Origin: Utricularia gibba
Lineage: Eukaryota; Plantae; Magnoliophyta
Direction of reading: 5' to 3'
NCBI GenBank assembly: GCA_002189035.1
Contig: NEEC01000030.1
Span: 248,001-312,000, forward strand
DNA: 64,000 nt
The stretch's first letter is position 1, and every line of letters begins with the position of its first letter. This document shows, in pieces, positions 24,477 to 37,109 of this stretch. Made by a program: the position numbers and the translations under genes. A model generated the notes under the pieces. It was not told the DNA's origin. It ran no database searches and saw only the letters and a list, made by a program, of their open reading frames with translations.

Positions 24477-26630
24477 TGTTAAATAGAGAATGAAATGGGT
24501 CGACCTACATTTACTATTGCTACATTAATTTCTTTGCGAATGAAATGTGGTTTGTTTTTTCAATTTATAAATTACTTTTAATGGAGAAAAAAGAAAAACC
24601 TTCAAAATTTCCATCTATCACTTGTGTAGAAAGCATAGGGGATGTGGAGGCAAGCTTTGGGTTGGCACATGGGATGGCGCATAGTTGCAAGATGGTGGCG
24701 AGGGGTGCTCGGCACTGATTGAGCACGGGTGTACACTGGACGTGGAGACTAAAAAAGGGTATCAATAGAGGAGGTTGTAGGGCGGTTGGGGGCTTATAGA
24801 GGCTAGCTTGGGGCACTCAGGGTGCATGGGAATGGGATGGTGTTAAGTGCATAGGAGTTGAGATTGGCATGGGTTAAGCTATGGAGACTGACGCCTTACC
24901 TTTCTCTCTAGGTCGGAGCACTGGTGGTACAGCTGGCCTAGGGATTGATCGTGAGTGATGAGCGGGTGGTAGGGCTCAAGTAGAGGGAACGAAGGGGCAA
25001 GGCAGTTGGTTATTTTTGAATGTGCCTCACTCATTTTGTGGCTATGCTTGATGTTAATAGTTTGTACAAAAGTTTTGTTACTTTGGGTTGTTCCCATGAT
25101 ATGTCATTACCCCTTTTGCTGTTGGAACATACGTACTCTTAAGTTGCTGAGCAGTCGAGTTTGGTTGTGTGGTAACCCAACCCCTATATGCACAGGGCGA
25201 CTCAGGGTAGGACTCAACTAGGCTCTAGGTAGGGTTATCATAGTTGGTATCATAGTCACGTTACGAAGGGCTTGGATGGTCACTTGTCATTGGGTCCACG
25301 GTTGTTGCTGGGTTGAAGAAAGGACTAATTGGGCATTGTTGTGGTTTTATTTCAGGGTGGTAGGGTAGATCTTGGGGAGTCGACATGGAGGCCAATAATA
25401 GGGGTAACACTAGAGCAAGTGGGGGTGCACCCAATGAGGGGTATCACTGCAGTAGTATTGACACCCATGCAGGCAAGCAAGGGCTAGCAATGAGCTTGTG
25501 CGCATGTACTACATACGATTGAAGAGGGCGTGATTCCCTACCTTTGATTGGGTTACTCCAGATGAAGCAGAAAATTGGTTGGATGAGCTCATTAGCACCT
25601 TGTAGTTGCATGGGACCTTGAAGTGGATTCAGACGACAGTGAATTGCTGAGAGTTGAAAAGAGCAACGATCTAGAATTGCTATCCCCTACATTGAAAAGA
25701 GGATTTATTTGACAAGCTCTAGGTTGTGATGATTTTCTTGAAGATTGACCTCCATTCAAGATAGCATTAGTTGAAGATGCGGGAAAGCGACATTCTGAAT
25801 ATCGCCTTTCAATTTGACCAGCACGCAGGCAGCATCATGGATCATATGCATCGAGTGTTCTGTTCGTACTTCGACCACTTTGTGGTGGTATTCGTCAATG
25901 ATATACTAGTTTACTCTCCAGATAGGGCAACCCATGAAGAACATCTTAGACAGGTTCTCACACAATTGAGGGAGAAGCTATTATATGCTAAGCAGCCCAA
26001 GTGCGAGCTCTTCCTAGATCAAGTATCCTTTCTAGGACGCATGATTAGCATGGCTGGAGTAGAGATGGATGACAAGATGGTAGAGGTGATCTTGCAATGG
26101 CTAGCCCCTAAGACGGTGCACTAGGTACGTAGGTTTTTAGGGCTTGTCGGGTACTACTATAGGTTCATTTAGGACTTTGCAAGGTTCGCGTTGCTCATGA
26201 CTCATCTAAAAAAGCAGGGTGTCCGCTTTACGTGAGACAATGCTTATGAGAGGACTTTTCAGTAGCTCAAGGTTAAGTAGACTACTATGCCCAATCTAGC
26301 CCTGCCTGGGAGGGGGTGCCCTGTACTGTCTATAGAGATGCTTCACACACAAGATCATGAGGGGTCCTAATGCAAGAGGAGCATATGATTGTGTATGCGT
26401 TGCAATAGCTGAAAATGCATGAATAGGGCTATCTTGTACATGATCTAGATTTAGCTAGTGTGCTCTTCATGCTATGGTAGCGGAGACACTATCTATACAG
26501 CATCTCGTGCGTACTATACATGGATCATCAATGTCTCAAGCAACTTAGGAAGGTGAATGTCGTAGCTGGAGCTCCTCAAAGATTATGACTAGCATATAAG
26601 GTATCACCTTAGGAAGGTGAATGTGGACGA
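24477..26630 (+). mobile_element. Degenerate chromovirus-type (Tekay/Del-like) Ty3/gypsy remnant; boundaries approximate
   Basis: Candidate LTR 24477-25240 (tgtt...ttatca), tRNA-Met-like PBS TGGTATCATAGT at 25245-25256, RT piece 25771-26124 (VVFVNDILVYS, HEEHLRQVL, KCELFLDQVSFLG) and an RH relic (YLVHDLDLASV) at about 26420-26480. Confidence 0.75.
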
Positions 26631-26639
26631 TTGTGAGAA

Positions 26640-26990
26640 CAAGAGTAGGCTATTCCTTGCTCTTATCATCCCCTTGACTAATGGAAGCAGTTCTTGGGAA
26701 ATGGGTTCCTGGACGGCATCCTTGTTCTTCCTATATGTTCTTGCAAGTTTTCTCTAGAATTCTCGCACCCCCCCCCCCCCGTAGAAGTCTGTGGCATGCT
26801 CTCCAGGGTGGTTGAGATATTTTTCTTCCTCCCACCATTCCAAAAATCCCCTTTTTTTATTCACCTTGGAATTTGGATGTACTTCATTCTGCTTTTATCC
26901 ATATCTCCTACAACTTCACTGTTATCTTTTGGCTCCTTATGATTTGGGTTGCCAACATATACTGCATTGCTAAAAAATGATTAGAACTAA
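26640..26990 (+). repeat. Athila-like LTR fragment (family C); boundaries approximate
   Basis: agagtaggctattccttgctc is shared with about 32995-33015. Similar segments lie near 41210-41260 and, reverse-complemented, near 43380-43440. Confidence 0.5.
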
Positions 26991-27243
26991 GATTGGAGTA
27001 AATCTAAATTTAGTCCCAATTAAGAGTAAAAGACACAAACATTGTCACTAATCACAAAAACGTAGAAATATATGATCAAATCTAAGTTTTTATAGCATAA
27101 TACTAATCATTTCCCTATCTTGTAACAGTCAAAACCATGTGTTATCAGTATACACTTAAAAGATTGTGTTCCAAAACATGAAATCATGGCTCAAAGCAAA
27201 AATTCATATCAATAGCTGTTGTCTTTTTCCAGTAATGGAATTT

Positions 27244-27960
27244 TGATGACACACGTTTTCTTTACATTTTATAATGCAAAATTATTATGTTTTTACGGTG
27301 GTTTAGGTTAGGTTTGTGTGGTTTTTCATGTTTAATGTGTTGTTTATGTTCAGCAGGAGGATTAGCAGCAAAAATCGGACTGAGGGATGTGTGGATTAAG
27401 TTAAAGGGCACAACATCCAAAAGGAGACAAAGACCATTGTTCTGCTGCCTGCAGTCTGCAAATTCAGGCTAAGTATTGGTGTCAGGAATAATGCAATAGA
27501 GTAAAGGAAAGGAGATCTTTTTGGATGAGAGTGAGACCCCAAGATTAGAGAGCTTCAATAGCAACACGAGATCTCCTCAAAGAACACCACGAACACTAAA
27601 ATAGAGAGGGGGAAGAAGGAGATTCTCGTGAGAAAGACTTCATTATAAAGAACACCACCAAAATACAGTTTAACGCTACTATTCTAGGTTGTGAACTGTA
27701 GCAGATGGGAATCGGAACATTCTTTACTTTCTTTTTGTTTCTTGCTTGTTTTAAGTTTCTATGACTAACTTTCTCATGATGAATTTGATACTTTCGCTAT
27801 TCCATCTTAATGATATTATGTTGTAGCTAAACCTTAGGGATGCCTTACGGTATAGAATAGTGATGTGGGGCTAGGGTTTATAATATAATTGATCATTATT
27901 TCTTAGCATTTGCTTCTATCATTCCATGGGTACAAGATGGTTTGAATGAATTTGGTGATG
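27244..27960 (+). repeat. 3'-truncated LTR related to 18068-19722; right boundary approximate
   Basis: Starts tgatgacacacgttttc. The blocks ggaataatgcaatagagtaaaggaaaggagatc and cttagggatgccttacggtatagaatagtgatgt match about 18730-18770 and 19045-19080. Confidence 0.6.
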
Positions 27961-28009
27961 TTATTGATTGTATCATATATAGAGTCAGATATTTGAATAG
28001 TTTAGAGGC

Positions 28010-28500
28010 TCATTTGATTAAATTTTAAAAAAATGCTACAATTGCCTATCAGAAAATTGATTTTGGACTGCCCTACTAGATGAAATTCCACATACATTAT
28101 GTTGTCATGTGTCTTAGAAGTTAAAGATGTGTTCATGAGATATAAAGAAAGAGATATTGGTTTTTTGTTATGTTCCTACTATTGATGAGTGGTTGCAAGT
28201 GCAACAAGTATGTGATTTTTTGGCTCATTTTTATGTGTTGATGAACATTAGTTAAGCTTCAGATTACCAAACTCCTAATCTTTTTCTCATAGAGCTCTAT
28301 TGATTTAAAGAACTTTTCATTGAGAAAAGCTTAGATTCCAATGCTTGTGTAAGCACTATGGCTTTTAGTATGAGTTTGAAATATTGATAACTATTGGGGT
28401 GAATGCAATATGGTAATAGCATTAGGAGTAGTTTTAGATCCTAGATTCAAATTGTAGTTATTAGAATTTACTTTTCCAATATTAGAATTAAGATGAACAA
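28010..28500 (+). pseudogene. hAT (Ac-like) transposase relic
   Basis: Reading across lesions gives LDCPTR*NS.., KDVFMRYKERD, EWLQVQQVCDFL, PNLFLIEL and YWGECNMVIALGVVLDPRFKL, matching the hAT TRWNST and YW...AxVLDPRFK motifs. Confidence 0.85.
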
Positions 28501-29249
28501 GTCACTACTTTATCATTTTGGATCTATTGAGGTTTGATAAAGAATTAGTGTCAATTGGTATAGTCTATTAAAACGGAAGCATACTCACTCCTTTTGACCA
28601 CAAGGCAGCACATTGTGTTTAGCTACTCATAATGAGAATGAATAATAAAATTTCGAAAAATAATATCTACAACATATCTCAAGTTGCAATTTAACAAGAA
28701 GAAAATAAATAGTAAGAGTAATGAACTTAGTTTCCACACGAAAGGACAAACCATTTGCATGTGATTAACTCTTGGTTAGGAGTATTGTTCTTATTCCTAA
28801 ATCTTCAAGTGAGCTAAACTTCTAGGTTACTGTTTGTTTTCTTGTTGTTCTTCGATTATTGCATCAAGTCCCTCATTCTTCTTGTTCTACAAAGATCCCC
28901 TTATGCATTCCTCTCTCCCTCTTTTTCTTCCAACATTTTTTTCTTCAAGATTTGGTGTACATACTTCCTTCTTTACTAGCTTTTCTTCCTTATTTTGTCT
29001 CCACTTTTTTACATTTGCCCTAGAATACTTTCCGCTCTTTGGGATTTGACTCATGAAAAATATGCTACATTACTCTAACGAAGAAGAATAAATGAAGATT
29101 GAGGCTAAATCAGTGACTTAGTCTCAATTTCAAATAAAGCACTAAAACTATGTTGTTATTTGAAAAAAAATGCTAAATTACGTATTAAAATCTTAATTGA
29201 CGACACAACTTTTTTTCTAATTTAAATCGCCTAAAATTATGTATTATCG

Positions 29250-29885
29250 ATGGCTGAGGAGCATCAATTTATGCATGGATAAACGTGGAAATAGTAATGG
29301 GGACACATTTTTGTCTTATGCAGATCTATCAACAGCCCATTCAGTTGGGGGTTACTGACTTTGATTTGGATATAACTAGAGATGTAATTTGTTCTTTTTC
29401 TTATGGTGCTTTTGTGTTGTACATAATAGATAATGATTTATGTTTTCCCAAGGCACCTTCATATGATTTATTGTTAGTTACTTTTTGTAGCACTTGCATC
29501 ACTTCACTCACACATTCATTTTCATTTACATGGATCACATGGATCCTCATTTGAATCGTTGTTTTGCTTTGGATTCTCTAGCAGAGGTAAAGGCAACTTT
29601 GGGGGTAGAGACAAAGACAAACAACTTGACATATAATACATTATTATGGGGAAACAGCTCATGTCCAAAATAATTTACCATGGTCTTGTTATGTGCCATT
29701 TCAACTTGTTACCAAGAAATGGAGGTAGGTTCATGACAATGAGCATATCGCTTTTATGCATTTATGAATCTTTAGTATTACTATTCAGTATTGGTTTAAA
29801 TGGTTTGTTGTCGATTTGGGGCTATGTGAGCATAGAAGGGAGGTTGAAAATATCTAGTGAGTGCTGCTTCATTCGAGCATTTTAG
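29250..29885 (+). pseudogene. Possible LINE C-terminal / RNase H-like relic
   Basis: LCIYESLVLLFSIGLNGLL loosely resembles the LWGIYEGLxLAWxxGxxxL motif of plant LINE RNase H domains. The similarity is weak and the sequence highly decayed. Confidence 0.3.
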
Positions 29886-30102
29886 TAAAAGAATACTTTG
29901 TCAAAAATGTATTAGTCAAATAGCTCTATTGTGTAATTTTTAGCAAACTAGCACACTATTATGTATTCATTTGTTAAATTGCCATACTTTTTCTCAATAC
30001 TATATTGTATCATATTTATACATTAAAAATTATATATATATATATGTATATATATCTCCCAAGAATATATAATTTTTGTAATTAAACTACAATTTAGAGA
30101 CC

Positions 30103-31590
30103 TGAATTGAAGCCACTCTCCAAACACTTCAAGTACATTTTCTTGGAAAAAGGTAATACTCTGCCTATTATTGTTAGAGCATATCTTACCCAAGAGCAGG
30201 CCAAAAAGCTCACGAAGGTGCTGAAGAGATGGAGGAAAGTGATTGGTTGGACTCTTGAGAATACCCAAGGAATCTATCCATCAGGTTGCATCCATCGGAT
30301 ACTACTAGGGGATGATGTTAATCCGACAAACTTAGAGAAGATTAATTCCGACCCTTATGGAAGTTATGAAGAAGGAATTATAGAAGTTGCTAAAAGTGAA
30401 GAAAATTTTTTCGACTTCAGACAGCAAATGGGTTAGTCTGATGCATGTGGTGTTGAAGAAAACTGGAATGATAGTCACACACTCTGAAGGAAAGCAAGTT
30501 CACCACCCAAGTGAAAATGGATGGAGAGTTTGCATTGATTATTGCAAACTAAATGATGTCACAAGAAAGAATCACTGCCCCTTCTCTTCATTGATCAAAT
30601 GCTTCATAAACTTAGTGGTAAGGGATATTATTGTTTTCTTGATGGATATTCATGTTACAACCAAGTGCCAGTTGCACCCATGGAAGAAGAGAAAATGGCA
30701 TTCACTTTCCCATTTGGTACGCTTGCTTATAGGAGAATGTCTTTTGGTTTGTATAATGCTCCAGCTACTTTTCAAAGATGCGTAACAAGTATTTTTTCTG
30801 ATTTCATTGAAAAAAAAAGCATGCATGCTTTTACATTGCATGGATCAAATTTTGATGAATATTTGGGTAATTTGGAGAAACTTTAAGGTAGATGTGTTGA
30901 GAAAGCTTTAATGCTTAATTCTGAAAATATGTCATTTCATGGTTAGACAAGGGATAGTGCAAGGACATGTTGTTTGAGTGGTAGTTTACGTATCGATCCT
31001 ACTAAGATTGATATGATCTCTAGTCTTACTACACCGGCAATATGCAAATTGAATATGATCATTTTTTGGACATGTGTGTTTTTGTAGCAAGTTCATCAAA
31101 GATTTCTCAATTGTTGCTAACCCTTTGACCGAGTTCTTAAAATAGAATGTGAAGTTTGAGATTTCTGATCAGTGAAAAGAAGCTTTCAACAAGATGAACG
31201 AACCAGTTGAATGTCTCAATTGTATAAAATAGATGCTCACCTAATGGTAAGATTAATCAAGTGATTGAATTCTATCATTCATCACCATGTGGAGGTCATC
31301 ATGGACTGAACGAAATAGCAAAGAAAATACTTGATTGTGGGTATTATTGGTCATCTATTTTTTGAGATTGTTTTCATTTTTGTAGGGCTTTTGATGCATG
31401 TCATCAACAGGTATCACTAACAAAAAAAAATGAAATGCCCTTGCAACCTATTTTTGTGACCATAATATTTGATGTATAGGGAATTGATTTTATGAGTTCA
31501 TTTCCTAATTTGCATGGGCATGAATATATTATGATATGTGTAGACTTTCTTTCTAGGTGGATTGAAGCACTTCCAACTCATGCATACTAG
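30103..31590 (+). pseudogene. Athila pol remnant (linker, RT, part of RH and INT)
   Basis: ELKPLSKHFKYIFL, KWVSLMHVVLKK, WRVCIDYCKLN, YCFLDGYSCYNQ, YRRMSFGLYNAPATFQRC. HHCC region (GGHHG...C..C) at about 31270-31410 and GIDF at about 31480. Confidence 0.9.
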
Positions 31591-32499
31591 TTCTACATCA
31601 AATGTGGGCAATTATGGAATGTGAGTGTATCATGAAAGAAAGGGAGTTACTGCCTGCATCACATGAAAGAGGAAGAAGAAGTTGTTTTATTGCTTTGAAC
31701 TTTTTAGGATGTCTTTCTTGTAGTAACGATTTCTTGTGTCGTTTCATGAGTCTGTTTATAGTAGTTCTGATTGATTCCCCAAAAATGTTTCTATATTGAG
31801 AAAGGCTGTAGGCACACAGTCGCGGTATGTGAGGTCTAGATTTATTTTGATTTCAATTCTCTTACTTTCATTCTCAAAATAATTAGAGCAGCATACTTGT
31901 GTGTCACTCTAGTGTTTGTTGTCCATCCTCAATTTTTTTGGTCACCAGAACCACTCTTGGGCTAATCCTAGGCCATTCTGTATTTGGTTGTTGTAGTCGA
32001 GAGTGAAAAGTTTCAAGAGAATAAGAGATAGGCACACATGAAAGGTCATGTTGTAAAAATTAATACGATAGGGAAACTCCAAGTAAGGGATAAGTTGCTT
32101 GGAGTGATAAGGAAGAGGAATTATAAGGGAAAACCACTAAGCTTTTATTTTGGGATCCCTAATTTTTTTTTAAAAAAAAAGAGAGGGAAAATACAAAAAC
32201 AAAAAAATGGCAAGCCTCTACTATTAGACTATAAGTTGAATAAAAGATTGGTTAGAGTCTACCCTATGACTAGTTTATAGGAGGGCCCGAATTGTGAGTA
32301 GATGGATTTCGCACACTAAGGTCATTACCACAAGTCTTGCAAGAGTGATGACCCTACATTCCATTGCTATGGAATTTTGATTCCAAGTCTCAAAATGGCG
32401 TTAGGTTTATGAATACGATAAGGAATCAGCTTGTGTTATTGATGAACGTTGGAATGAGTTGCTTAATGTCGCGGTCTAGCACACTCAATGTCGCGGTCT

Positions 32500-33305
32500 A
32501 CCCCATGGAGGAAGAACACTTATCTTCCTTTTCGTTTCTGTTTTCATAGCCCTTTCGGGCTAAAACCCTTTAGTTTCTGGGAGAAGATGAAGTTTCCTTC
32601 CAAATCTTGAGCAATACACTCGGTTCTTCACTGAATTCATTTCCGATTTCGCATACTTCTATGCATCTTGTTGCAGTCTTTCTGTAACGACTTCTAGTCA
32701 AGGTCCATGAGTAGCAGGTCACATCTCGTGGATTTCGGTGAAGATCAAGGTGAAGAGCACCAACTCCAACCCTACCGATTCGAGGGAAGTAGTAGAGTGT
32801 TTGTGGCCTAGGTACCACAATAGTGGATAGGTTGTGACCTCGAGCTTGCCACTGGCCATTGGCAATAGTTGGGCACATGCATGCAATTCGGTTTTGGAGG
32901 CATTCGAAGGCAATCCTCTTGCCTTCTTAATCATCTAAGGGGGAATCACATGAGGCTATTCCCGTGCCTTCTTGCCAATCAGAGTGTAAAGGAGAGTAGG
33001 CTATTCCTTGCTCCTATAACCAGCTATTTGGAAGAAATCTGTGAAAATCGAGGCAAGAATGGACAAAGGAAGGAGACGGAATCTCATTCCCAAAAACTAC
33101 GTCCCGTAGTCAAGGCCCATCACTTAGGTTGTAACTTTTATTTCTACATCTCAAAAACCCCCTTTTGCAAAACCGTGACATTTTGTAAAAGTTTCTTACA
33201 AAACACTTTTCACGAAAAACAACTCCATGAGATCGATACTCATACTATGCTTTTTTGTGTTTTATGTTTTATACATTTAAAATTTGTTGATAGGTCTCTC
33301 TATCA
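32500..33305 (+). repeat. 3' part of an Athila-like LTR (family C); left boundary approximate
   Basis: Ends aaaaacaactccatgagatcgatactcatactatgc...ctctctatca, homologous to the LTR end at about 41445-41541. Confidence 0.6.
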
Positions 33306-34098
33306 TATGCCCTCACGCTTAGGAAACAACAGGAAAAACTAATCCAAATACATGTTAACTAAAATAGATGAACAAGTAAAGAAAAAAATATTACCTCCCA
33401 TCTCACTTGTGACGCTCGGCTTCAAGACTCGAGGGATGCGATACACATCTTCTGGAGGTGGACGTACCCACACAAAAGTGCACCACGATAACTCAAATGA
33501 TTGAGGGAACTTGAAGTGGATACCTGACCCCTTCAGCAGTCATATTGGGAACCTACCATTGCATAGAGTAGTGATCTCTACATTCCAACGGGAGGTATGC
33601 AAATCACATGACACATCCTCTTCCTCACACATCATGATAAATGCTCTAATCGTCCCTACCGTAGAGGATTGATACAGGCGACAGCCACTCGTAAAGCTTG
33701 CAAAACCGTCTCGTGAAATGAGTGAAACGATAGTTAAATACAACATTACATTTGGCTCGAGGCAATTGAGAACTGAGTAGCACCAACTCCGATTGACGCC
33801 TCATCATCAATAGTCTTCTATTCCTCATACATAAATCATGTATACTCCGCAGCAATATAATACCATATTCTCACATTATCGACAATAGTCATACTACTAT
33901 CACATTACAAACAAATATAAATTACAATTAGTTATTTCATTATAAATAAATAATGATAAATCGTGTAAATAAAAATTAATATTTTTTACACTAAAAAAAT
34001 GTTATTAAATAAATAATGAATATTTTTTATTTAATAAACATTTCATTAAAGAAAAATATCATTTTCTTTCAATAATAAATTATACTTTTAAAAATGTT

Positions 34099-35246
34099 TG
34101 ATGGTGATTCTACAAGTACACAGAAACCATCGAAGTAATAAAATAAGATCGTATCCATAGAGAATTGTTATTGGATTTTTATTTTCAAACAAAGACTCAA
34201 AAAATACCAAAAACAAAAGAAAGATTTGGTTTTAAAAACAAAAAGAAAAGTGGCATTGGACCTGAAATCCATCTTGCTTAAAACTCACCCAAACTTGTGT
34301 GTGTAAACCTTGAAAACTGATCTACTTGCACAAGCTCTAGGGGTGTTATTCTAAAGTAGTGCTACTCAGTGACCGTTATAGCACCATCCCTTGTTTTGTG
34401 GGATTATGGAATCAACCACGCCACCAGAGCCATTTCACCTCTTGTGATAACTCATATTTTCTCCACACCCAAATCAAACCCCTACACCTCACACCTCACA
34501 GACGGATTAGACAGAATGTGTTTTACCAACGATGTCCGATTGAGCCCTTCTTCTTAGGTGCTTGAGACCAACCTTTGATTCTCTCACACTCCCTTCGGGT
34601 TAAGTGATACTAAAGAGCACGTTGCTCAAGAAAATTTTGGGAAAAACAGAATCAGCCTTCAATTTAAATGTCGAAAAACATAATAAAACAGTCACACACG
34701 CAGGACTTGCGCAAGCAAAGCTTCACCATAGATCCTCAGTCGCAAGCCCCTATATGCACAAACTCGACTCTAACATGAAAATAAACACGAAAATAGGAAA
34801 GATACAAAGGAAAAGTGGTCAAATTTCTAATGGCTGAGAGAGTGGGGTATGTATAGGAGAATACATCCAAGTCTTCGTATTAGGCTTGCTTGATGGGCTC
34901 GGATAAGATCTTCTATCCAAATTTTATATCCAAATCATTCAAGATCATCTTCATATCCTTATCTTATCCATGAATCTTGAACCAAATCTTTATTGTATGA
35001 CCAAGTCTTGGGCTGAGATTCGTGGCCCATCAAGTCCATAATTTGGTGGATCTTGATTTTTCCTCAAATTGATCCAAAAGTACCCTAAAAATCCACAAAA
35101 TACACTTTCTCTCCAAAAATATTAAAGTAGTGTGAAAAATGCAAAATCGATTGAGAATAATAAGAAATTGGAGTCTAAGATAAGTAAAAACAACACCTAA
35201 GAGTAATGGAAGAACATGTTTTGGAATGACACAAAATCACTTATCA
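34099..35246 (-). mobile_element. Solo LTR, family B
   Basis: tgatggtgattc...cacttatca with exact TSD ATGTT at 34094-34098 and 35247-35251. Reverse-complement homolog of 15810-16858 and 20175-21364. Confidence 0.92.
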
Positions 35247-35830
35247 ATGTTTTTTTAATATACATAAAAATTCCATTATGTAATCCAAAAAAACATTTTT
35301 CGTAAGTAAAAAAAGTTATTTACATAGCAAATACTTGCTTAAATGAAAAATAATTCATTTCTTTATATCATGAATCATTTAACAAAATAAGAGTTATTTA
35401 TTTATATAAAAAATCACTTTACTAGAGACAAAATATTATAATTGGATAGAAAGATCATTTTTTGACAAATACTAAGCAAACCATTTCTATAAGTGATTTG
35501 TTTAAAATGATTATGAAAAATAAATCTTGCATGAAGCCTTAGGTTTGAGAATATTTTTTATTAACCTTTTAATCATTCCAAATCCTAATACTTAATCCCA
35601 ATGAGTATCAAAATAAAAAACAATCCACAAAACCTAAATTAAAGAGAAAACTCATTGTTGCACAAACTCACATCTTGGTTGCAAAAGAATTGGGCAGAAC
35701 TTGAGGCGACAGAGGCTGTGATGGTTGTGATGGCAACAGCAACGATGACACCAACATCAAAGATCTGGAACTTTCCATCAAACGGCATTGTGAAGAGCAA
35801 GGTGAGGGGGGGGAGTGGTTAAACTATGCC

Positions 35831-36953
35831 TGATGAACGTAAGAATGGGTTTGCTAAATGTCGCAGTCTAGCACATTCAACACATCTAAAGAAATTTATA
35901 AACCTAACTATTCTATTACACAAATCACAAGAATTAATTTAGTGTGGTAAGGGTCGAATCTACACGGAATAAACAATTTCCAGAAGTCCTTTACATTTAC
36001 TGAAAACAAGGGGCTTTTTTGAGGGTTTAGCTCTCATACACGTAAGACATAAAATAACAGTAGTTAAAAGGAATAAGTTACTGGGTGAAGAAGCATAAAA
36101 AATAACAAGGATGCGTAGAAAATATAAAGTAAAGATGTCTTGGATGGGTTTTACATAACTCTTGTGTTACTGAAAAGAGCCCATAGGCTTGAACCCAGGT
36201 TTAACACACATAAAAACAAAGCAATGGGTTGCGGAACAGTAAATAATATGTTAAACTTAAAACCGAACACGAAGGGCTTAAGCAGTAACATGTTCATAAG
36301 CTGAAATAAGGTCCACAAGGGATTTCTCGTTCACAACAAAGTACCAGAAAGATAAAAGGAAGCAATAAAACGCAGAAAATAATAGTAGCAGGTTTGACAA
36401 CAAAAATATAAGCGTGGAATGCTGAAATTAATAGTCAAGCTGTTTCTCTAGGTGGTAGATCTGCTGAAAAGCGAAGTTCAATGCGGAAACACGTTCTGGA
36501 GACATAGATCTGAGGCTGGCCGGAGTTGTTCGCCGAAAAACAACCATTTTCCTCACTACCTGCTCCTTACTATCTGCTCCCTTCTCTCTTGCTTCCTCTT
36601 TTCTTTTTCCCGCTCAAAGTAAGGGTATCTCCGTCTTTTCTATGGCTTCTAGAAGAAAGATCTTTCCTCTAGATCTTATCTTTTTAGAAGGATGATGATT
36701 TTGGTGAAAAAGTGCTTAAACACAGAAAATTTACTTCCAATACTAACTCTTACCCTGTTAATACTTAAACACAAACTAGAGGAAAAATCAGAGTTTTCGA
36801 CTCCATTGTTGTCAATTGAGCCTATTTTCACAATAAACACATTTCAACAAACTAAATACACAAAATGAGACAATTTAGCACACTAAATAACATTTAATCC
36901 TATTAAAAACACTTAAAAATACACATAAAAACAGAATAAAAACTGTATTATCA
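35831..36953 (-). repeat. Athila-like LTR without matching TSD
   Basis: tgatgaacg...gtattatca. U5-like ccgtgtagattcgacccttacc on the - strand near 35950-35970. The flanks atgcc and acggt do not match. Confidence 0.6.
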
Positions 36954-37109
36954 ACGGTCATATTGGTAAGCGGCTTGTATAAAAATATGATTTTTTTTAA
37001 TTGTTTTAAAAATCAATTTATTTTAATTCTAATTACCATGATTCTAAAGTATTTTAATTATTCAAAAAATACATCAAATAAAAAAAATCTATTTATTTAA
37101 GTAAGATTT

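Noticed and set aside
29110-29990. Pack-MULE with TIRs at about 29115-29180 and 29920-29985
   Set aside because: The inverted similarity is weak in AT-rich DNA and I could find no 9-bp TSD.
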